Shown here piece by piece: positions 58,551 to 64,000 of a stretch of 64,000 nt of DNA. Each line of letters starts with the position of its first letter. The first letter of the stretch is position 1. The stretch comes from an uncultured Gammaproteobacteria bacterium (GTDB lineage: Bacteria; Pseudomonadota; Gammaproteobacteria; Xanthomonadales; Xanthomonadaceae). The stretch spans positions 133,410 through 197,409 of the forward strand of contig CAWAMC010000001.1 in the NCBI GenBank assembly GCA_963783035.1, read 5' to 3'. The notes under the pieces were generated by a model. That model was not told the origin of the DNA. It did no database searches and saw nothing but the letters and a program-made list of their open reading frames with translations. The position numbers were made by a program, and so were the translations under genes.

Positions 58551-59456
58551 TCAGCGCTTCAGGCCGTCCAATAGCGGCTCGAACGTCCAGAAAGCCCCGC
58601 CCGCTGCGGGGCTTTCTGCATTTTTAGGCGTGTCCTCGGCTCGGTCGCTCGAAACCGCGACGGTTTGAGCGTCCAAGCCGACCACAGCGAGCGCGATAGC
58701 GTCAGCGCTCGCGACCACGGTGCCGACACTGCGCCCGTCGCGTTCGAGCGTTTGCCCTGCTTCCAGCGGCATGGACGTCCGTATTCGCGCAAGACCGCGC
58801 TTGGCTTGGCCGAGGAAGTGGGTCCGGGCGACGATTTCTTGGCCGGGGTAGCAGCCTTTCTTGACGCTGAAAGCACCTAGACGCTCCAGCGATAACTGCT
58901 GCGGCGTCCATTGTTCGCGCTGCGCGGCATCCAACCGAGGCCAGCCGTGGTCCAGATCGAGGCGTTTCCAGGCGAGCGAGGCCGCTGCATCTGTCTTGCG
59001 CACTTCACTCGTCTGCTCAGAGACGATCCGCATCGTTCGACCGCCGCCTTCGCCGCTGAGGTCCAATTCGACGCCTTCTTCGGCCGATCCGGTCCAATGC
59101 GAGCCCGAGGAGCGTTCTGAGGCGTGGATTCGGGCGATGATGCGTAGGTCCTCGCGCACGGCGATGTGTAACTTGCTCCGAAAGACGAAACGCTGCAGTG
59201 CGGCCGCGAAGGCCTCGGGCTCAGCGTCCTGTAAGACCAACCAGAGGGTGTCGCGATCGAGACGCAGCAGGGCGAACAGTGCGATCACTCGACCTTTCGG
59301 CGTCAGCCAGCCGTTCCACTGCCAAGCGCCGTCGCTCAGCGCCGAGACGTCGTTCATGAACTGGGATTGGGCGAACGCAATGGCATCGCGACCGCTCAGC
59401 GATAGCGCAGAATGGTCGTTCAGGGCGAACCAGAAGAGCGGCGGGTTGTCCGGCAT
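58551..59456 (-). CDS. ygfZ: Folate-binding Fe-S/tRNA-modification protein YgfZ
   Basis: LTPKGRV and KGCYPGQEIVAR motifs. Confidence 0.92.
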   Translation of the reverse strand: MPDNPPLFWFALNDHSALSLSGRDAIAFAQSQFMNDVSALSDGAWQWNGWLTPKGRVIALFALLRLDRDTLWLVLQDAEPEAFAAALQRFVFRSKLHIAVREDLRIIARIHASERSSGSHWTGSAEEGVELDLSGEGGGRTMRIVSEQTSEVRKTDAAASLAWKRLDLDHGWPRLDAAQREQWTPQQLSLERLGAFSVKKGCYPGQEIVARTHFLGQAKRGLARIRTSMPLEAGQTLERDGRSVGTVVASADAIALAVVGLDAQTVAVSSDRAEDTPKNAESPAAGGAFWTFEPLLDGLKR

Positions 59457-59495
59457 GGGTGCAGAGACATAAAATATGAATAGAGGATGTAGGAA

Positions 59496-59696
59496 ATGAT
59501 AGGCGATACCGCTGCCAACACCGCGACGGACGACACGATCGGCTCCCAATCGCCCCAAGCACCGACACCGGTCGGGCCGAAGGCGGGCGACGCGGATCGA
59601 CCGCCCAAGGGAGGGCGCGAGATCGGGGGCCGCGATGGTCCCGAGCCCACTCGTTACGGCGATTGGGAGAAAAACGGGCGCTGTATCGATTTCTGA
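59496..59696 (+). CDS. DUF1674 / SDHAF4-like succinate dehydrogenase assembly factor
   Basis: EIGGRDGPEPTRYGDWEKNGRCIDF. Confidence 0.9.
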   Translation: MIGDTAANTATDDTIGSQSPQAPTPVGPKAGDADRPPKGGREIGGRDGPEPTRYGDWEKNGRCIDF

Positions 59697-59800
59697 GGCC
59701 TATCGCGACACATATACCAAGCAGCGACGCGACTGATGCGTTTCTGTGGTCTCACCCTTACCCCACGAACTTATCTGCACGCACTGGACGTATTCGACCG

Positions 59801-60190
59801 ATGACCAAACGCGCACGTCCCTTGTCGCCGCATCTGCAGGTGTATCGCCCGCAGATCACCACCGTCATGTCGATCCTGCATCGCATCAGCGGGATCATCC
59901 TGTGCTTCGGCGCATTCGGTCTGGCGTGGTGGCTGCTCGCCGCGGCCCAGGGCGGCGAGGCTTATGCCCAGGCCGCCGGTGCGATGGCGTCGTTACCGGG
60001 CAAGCTCGCGCTGTTCGGATTCTCGCTGGCGCTGATGTACCACCTACTCAACGGTGTCCGCCATTTGCTGTGGGATACCGGTTGGGGCTTCGAGATTCCT
60101 CACGTCTATCGTTCCGGGTATGCGGTGGTCGGTTTGACCATTGTGTTCACGACGGCGATTTGGTTGTTCGCATCGCGAGGTGGCGCATGA
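59801..60190 (+). CDS. sdhC: Succinate dehydrogenase cytochrome b556 subunit
   Basis: RPLSPHL, SILHRISG and NGVRHLLWD motifs. Confidence 0.95.
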   Translation: MTKRARPLSPHLQVYRPQITTVMSILHRISGIILCFGAFGLAWWLLAAAQGGEAYAQAAGAMASLPGKLALFGFSLALMYHLLNGVRHLLWDTGWGFEIPHVYRSGYAVVGLTIVFTTAIWLFASRGGA

Positions 60191-60591
60191 GCGATTCCGG
60201 TTCCACCGAGCGCGATTACCGCACACCCGTCGCCCGTGCCCGCGGCTTGGGCTCGGCCAAGTCCGGCACCGGACATTTCTGGTATCAGCGCGTCTCAGCG
60301 GTTTTTCTCGCCGCGCTCACGCCGTGGATCCTCGGCATGCTGGTTGCGCTCGCGGGTGCCGACATCGGCCATGTCCAGGCGACTCTGGCCAAGCCGATCA
60401 ATGCGTTGCCGATGGCGCTGTTCGTGCTCACGCTGTTTTGGCACGCCAAGTTGGGTCTGCAGGTGGTGATCGAGGATTACATTCACCATCGCCCGACCGA
60501 GATCTCCCTGCAATTGTCCGTTACTTTCGCCTGCGCCCTCGGCGCGCTCGCATCGCTCTACGCGCTCGCGCGCATCGCGCTGCTGGCCTAA
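60187..60591 (+). CDS. sdhD: Succinate dehydrogenase hydrophobic anchor subunit
   Basis: [19 protein letters not shown] and [13 protein letters not shown] motifs. Confidence 0.95.
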   Translation: MSDSGSTERDYRTPVARARGLGSAKSGTGHFWYQRVSAVFLAALTPWILGMLVALAGADIGHVQATLAKPINALPMALFVLTLFWHAKLGLQVVIEDYIHHRPTEISLQLSVTFACALGALASLYALARIALLA

Positions 60592-60670
60592 GGCCACGCA
60601 ATCCAGGCTTACCCCGTTCGGTCGCGTCCGCGGCAGAACTCAAGTCAATCAGGCGAGATACCAAGCTCAC

Positions 60671-62464
60671 ATGACCTCCGCTTATAAGATCATCGAACAC
60701 AAATACGACATGGTCGTCGTCGGCGCCGGTGGCGCCGGTTTACGCGCCACGTTCGGCCTCGCCCAGAAGGGCCTGCAGACCGCCTGCATCTCCAAGGTCT
60801 TCCCGACCCGCTCGCATACCGTCGCGGCGCAGGGCGGCGTAGCCGCCGCGCTCGGGAATATGGGCGAAGACGATTGGCGCTACCACTTCTTCGATACCGT
60901 GAAAGGGTCGGATTGGTTAGGCGACCAAGACGCGATCGAGTACATGTGCCGCGAAGCCATTCCGGCGATCATCGAGCTCGAACATTACGGCGTGCCGTTC
61001 TCGCGTACCGAAGACGGCCGTATCTATCAGCGTCCGTTCGGCGGCATGACCACGCGCTACGGCGACGGCCCGCCGGCGCAGCGCACCTGCGCCGCTGCCG
61101 ACCGCACCGGCCATGCGATTTTGCATACGCTGTATCAGCAATCGCTCGCGCACGATGCGCGCTTCTTCATCGAATACTTCGCGCTCGATCTGATCATGGA
61201 TGCCGATGGCGTTTGCCGCGGCGTGCTGGCGCTCGATATGGCCGAAGGCACCTTGCATCTGTTCCGCGCGCATGGCGTGGTGCTCGCGACCGGCGGTTAT
61301 GGCCGCGCGTATTTTTCCGCGACTTCGGCCCATACCTGCACCGGCGACGGCGGCGGCATGGCGCTGCGTGCTGGTCTAGGCATGCAGGACATGGAATTCG
61401 TGCAGTTCCATCCCACCGGCATTTACGGCGCGGGCTGTTTGATCACCGAAGGCGTTCGCGGCGAAGGCGGCATTTTGCGCAACGTCAACGGCGAGCGCTT
61501 CATGGAGCGCTATGCGCCGAGCGTGAAAGACCTCGCGCCGCGCGACATGGTCTCGCGTTCGATGACGATCGAGATCAACGAAGGACGCGGCTGCGGCCCC
61601 GACAAAGATCACATCCTGCTCGATCTGACCCACCTCGGCCCCGAGGTGATCCACAAACGTCTGCCCGGCATCGCCGAAAGCGCGCGCATCTTCGCGGGCG
61701 TGGACGTGGAGAAGGAACCCATTCCGGTGATCCCGACCGTGCACTACAACATGGGCGGCATCCCCACCAATTATCACGGCGAAGTGGTGCAGAAGCGCGG
61801 CGACGACAACGACGCTGTGGTGCCCGGACTCTATGCCATCGGCGAAGCGGCTTGCGTGTCGGTACACGGGGCGAATCGCTTGGGCTCGAACTCGCTGCTC
61901 GATCTGGTGGTGTTCGGACGCGCGGTCGCGATCCGCTGCGCCGAAACGATCAAACCCGGTTCGCCGCATAAAACGCTCGCGGCCGATGCCTGCGACAAAT
62001 CGCTGGCGAACCTCGACCGGCTGCGCAATGCCAACGGCAGCACGCCGACCGCCGTCATCCGCGACAAGATGCAGCGCGCGATGCAGAAAGATGCCGCGGT
62101 CTTCCGCACCGGCGAAACGCTTGCCGAAGGCGTCCGCAACATCCGCGAGATCCACGCCAGCTTCGCCGACGTGAAAGTCACCGATCGCTCGCTGGTCTGG
62201 AATTCCGATCTGGTCGAAACGCTCGAACTTCAGAATCTGCTCGATCAAGCGCTGGTCACCATCGTCTCGGCCGAAAACCGAAAAGAGTCCCGCGGCGCGC
62301 ATGCGCGCGAAGACTACCCGGAACGCAACGATAGCGAATGGCAGAAACACACGTTGTGCTCGGTCGGCGATGCGGGCGAGACCCATATCGATTACCGCCC
62401 GGTGCACATGACCACACTGAGCAGCGACGTCGACGTCGTACCGCCCAAAAAACGCGTCTACTGA
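60671..62464 (+). CDS. sdhA: Succinate dehydrogenase flavoprotein subunit
   Basis: [22 protein letters not shown] and HGANRLG motifs. Confidence 0.98.
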   Translation: MTSAYKIIEHKYDMVVVGAGGAGLRATFGLAQKGLQTACISKVFPTRSHTVAAQGGVAAALGNMGEDDWRYHFFDTVKGSDWLGDQDAIEYMCREAIPAIIELEHYGVPFSRTEDGRIYQRPFGGMTTRYGDGPPAQRTCAAADRTGHAILHTLYQQSLAHDARFFIEYFALDLIMDADGVCRGVLALDMAEGTLHLFRAHGVVLATGGYGRAYFSATSAHTCTGDGGGMALRAGLGMQDMEFVQFHPTGIYGAGCLITEGVRGEGGILRNVNGERFMERYAPSVKDLAPRDMVSRSMTIEINEGRGCGPDKDHILLDLTHLGPEVIHKRLPGIAESARIFAGVDVEKEPIPVIPTVHYNMGGIPTNYHGEVVQKRGDDNDAVVPGLYAIGEAACVSVHGANRLGSNSLLDLVVFGRAVAIRCAETIKPGSPHKTLAADACDKSLANLDRLRNANGSTPTAVIRDKMQRAMQKDAAVFRTGETLAEGVRNIREIHASFADVKVTDRSLVWNSDLVETLELQNLLDQALVTIVSAENRKESRGAHAREDYPERNDSEWQKHTLCSVGDAGETHIDYRPVHMTTLSSDVDVVPPKKRVY

Positions 62465-62476
62465 CGGACTGCAACG

Positions 62477-63259
62477 ATGGCCGAGTTCACCCTCCCGAAG
62501 AATTCCAAAGTCCACAAGGGCAAGCGCTTCAGCGCGCCGGCCGGCGCCAAGCGCACGCGCGCGTTCAAGGTGTATCGCTGGAGCCCGGACGACGACGAAA
62601 ATCCGCGTACGGACACCTACGAAATCGATCTCGATGCCTGCGGCCCGATGGTATTGGACGCGCTGATCAAGATCAAAAACGAAATCGACCCGACGCTGAC
62701 CTTCCGTCGTTCTTGCCGCGAGGGCATTTGCGGTTCGTGCGCGATGAATATCGACGGCACCAACACGCTGGCCTGCACCAAGGCGATCGCCGAGTGCGGC
62801 AAGGCCGAAGTGCCGGTCTATCCTTTGCCGCATATGCCGGTGATCAAGGACTTGGTGCCGGATCTCACCCATTTCTACGCGCAGTACGCATCGATCAAAC
62901 CGTGGCTGCGCGCTGCGCCGCCGCCGCCGGATAAAGAGCGTCTGCAGTCCGAAGCCGATCGCGCCAAGCTCGACGGCCTATACGAGTGCATTTTGTGCGC
63001 ATGCTGCAGTACCAGTTGTCCGAGCTATTGGTGGAACGGCGACCGTTATCTCGGCCCGGCCGTGCTGCTGCAAGCCTATCGTTGGCTCGTGGACAGCCGC
63101 GACGAAGACACCGGCGCGCGTTTGGACGATTTAGAAGACCCGTTCAAGCTCTATCGTTGCCATACGATCATGAACTGCGCACGGACCTGCCCGAAGGGCT
63201 TGAATCCCGCGAAAGCGATCGGCGAAATCAAAAAAATGATGTTGGCGCGCCAAGTTTGA
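62477..63259 (+). CDS. sdhB: Succinate dehydrogenase iron-sulfur subunit
   Basis: [22 protein letters not shown] and [12 protein letters not shown] motifs. Confidence 0.98.
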   Translation: MAEFTLPKNSKVHKGKRFSAPAGAKRTRAFKVYRWSPDDDENPRTDTYEIDLDACGPMVLDALIKIKNEIDPTLTFRRSCREGICGSCAMNIDGTNTLACTKAIAECGKAEVPVYPLPHMPVIKDLVPDLTHFYAQYASIKPWLRAAPPPPDKERLQSEADRAKLDGLYECILCACCSTSCPSYWWNGDRYLGPAVLLQAYRWLVDSRDEDTGARLDDLEDPFKLYRCHTIMNCARTCPKGLNPAKAIGEIKKMMLARQV

Positions 63260-63322
63260 TCCGCTGCGTCATACCGGCCTACGAATATTTGATGCCGCGC
63301 GCTCGCGCGGCCTAAGAGACGC

Positions 63323-63751
63323 ATGATGACGACGAAGTACGCCATTTTGTTGCCCGCCCTCGCGATGGTCGCCTTGACCTTCATCGTGCTCGGCGTGATG
63401 TTCAGCCGCCGCGTCGCGCAGATGAAGCGCGACCGCATCCATCCGCAGAAAGTCGCGACCTCGCAGCAGGCCGCTGCGCTGTATACCGATGTCGCGCCAG
63501 CGGATAATTTCCGCAATCTGTTCGAGATGCCGGTGTTGTTCTACCTGGCTTTGATCGTCGCCGCGATCACCGAGCAAACCGGCCCGCTGGTACTGGGCTT
63601 GGCTTGGACCTACGTCGCGGCGCGCGCGCTGCACAGTGCGATCCATTGCTCGTACAACAAAGTCATGCATCGCTTCCGCGCGTTCGCGTTAAGTGTCTTC
63701 GTATTGCTGACGCTGTGGGTGGTACTGGGGTACGGACTGATCGCGGGATGA
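63323..63751 (+). CDS. MAPEG family membrane protein
   Basis: [12 protein letters not shown] and ARALHS motifs; 4 TM helices. Confidence 0.85.
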   Translation: MMTTKYAILLPALAMVALTFIVLGVMFSRRVAQMKRDRIHPQKVATSQQAAALYTDVAPADNFRNLFEMPVLFYLALIVAAITEQTGPLVLGLAWTYVAARALHSAIHCSYNKVMHRFRAFALSVFVLLTLWVVLGYGLIAG

Positions 63752-64000
63752 GCGAGTCGCAAGAGGAGAGCGACCGCACCGAACGACAACGACTGCGCTG
63801 GCGTTGCCGGCGCGGCATGCGCGAATTGGATCAATTATTCGGTCGATACCTCGACCAGCGTTGGCATGTGGCCGATAGCGATGAGCGCGCGACCTTCGAA
63901 CGCCTGCTCGATTGCGAAGACGACGCGCTGTGGCGCTGGTATCTCGGCTACGACGTTCCAGAAGACCCTGCACTCCATGCCCTCGTCCAACGCATCCTCG
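63748..64000 (+). CDS. sdhE: FAD assembly factor SdhE (partial, runs off window end)
   Basis: Manual translation: [27 protein letters not shown]. Confidence 0.92.
   Translation, partial: MSESQEESDRTERQRLRWRCRRGMRELDQLFGRYLDQRWHVADSDERATFERLLDCEDDALWRWYLGYDVPEDPALHALVQRIL

Overview
High-GC gammaproteobacterial chromosome segment that looks like Xanthomonadales/Lysobacteraceae (fused LysC-LysA, MurL/MurD2, an XVIPCD-like protein, ygfZ-DUF1674-sdhCDAB-sdhE). Housekeeping blocks occupy about 0-21 kb and 44-64 kb. Several of these genes carry single-base frameshifts, most likely long-read errors. After ssb lies an accessory region (about 21.2-43.4 kb) with three main elements. (1) An intact IS621-like IS110 element inserted into a REP; its bridge-RNA guides, CT core and circle-junction promoter can be read directly from the sequence. 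(2) A probable orphan integron cassette. (3) The main candidate novel system: an ~18 kb co-directional cluster (25.6-43.4 kb) encoding seven signal-peptide-less proteins that appear to be paralogs (four clearly, three more divergent). They share an uncharacterised N-terminal core, and most carry C-terminal beta-sandwich repeats. The cluster also contains a stand-alone caspase-like (C14) protease, an OmpA-like domain inserted into one paralog, and a translationally coupled ABBA-prenyltransferase-like plus DxDD class II terpene-cyclase-like pair. A GH19 muramidase/chitinase gene is transcribed divergently next to it. All family assignments come from motif recognition by eye; no database searches were run.
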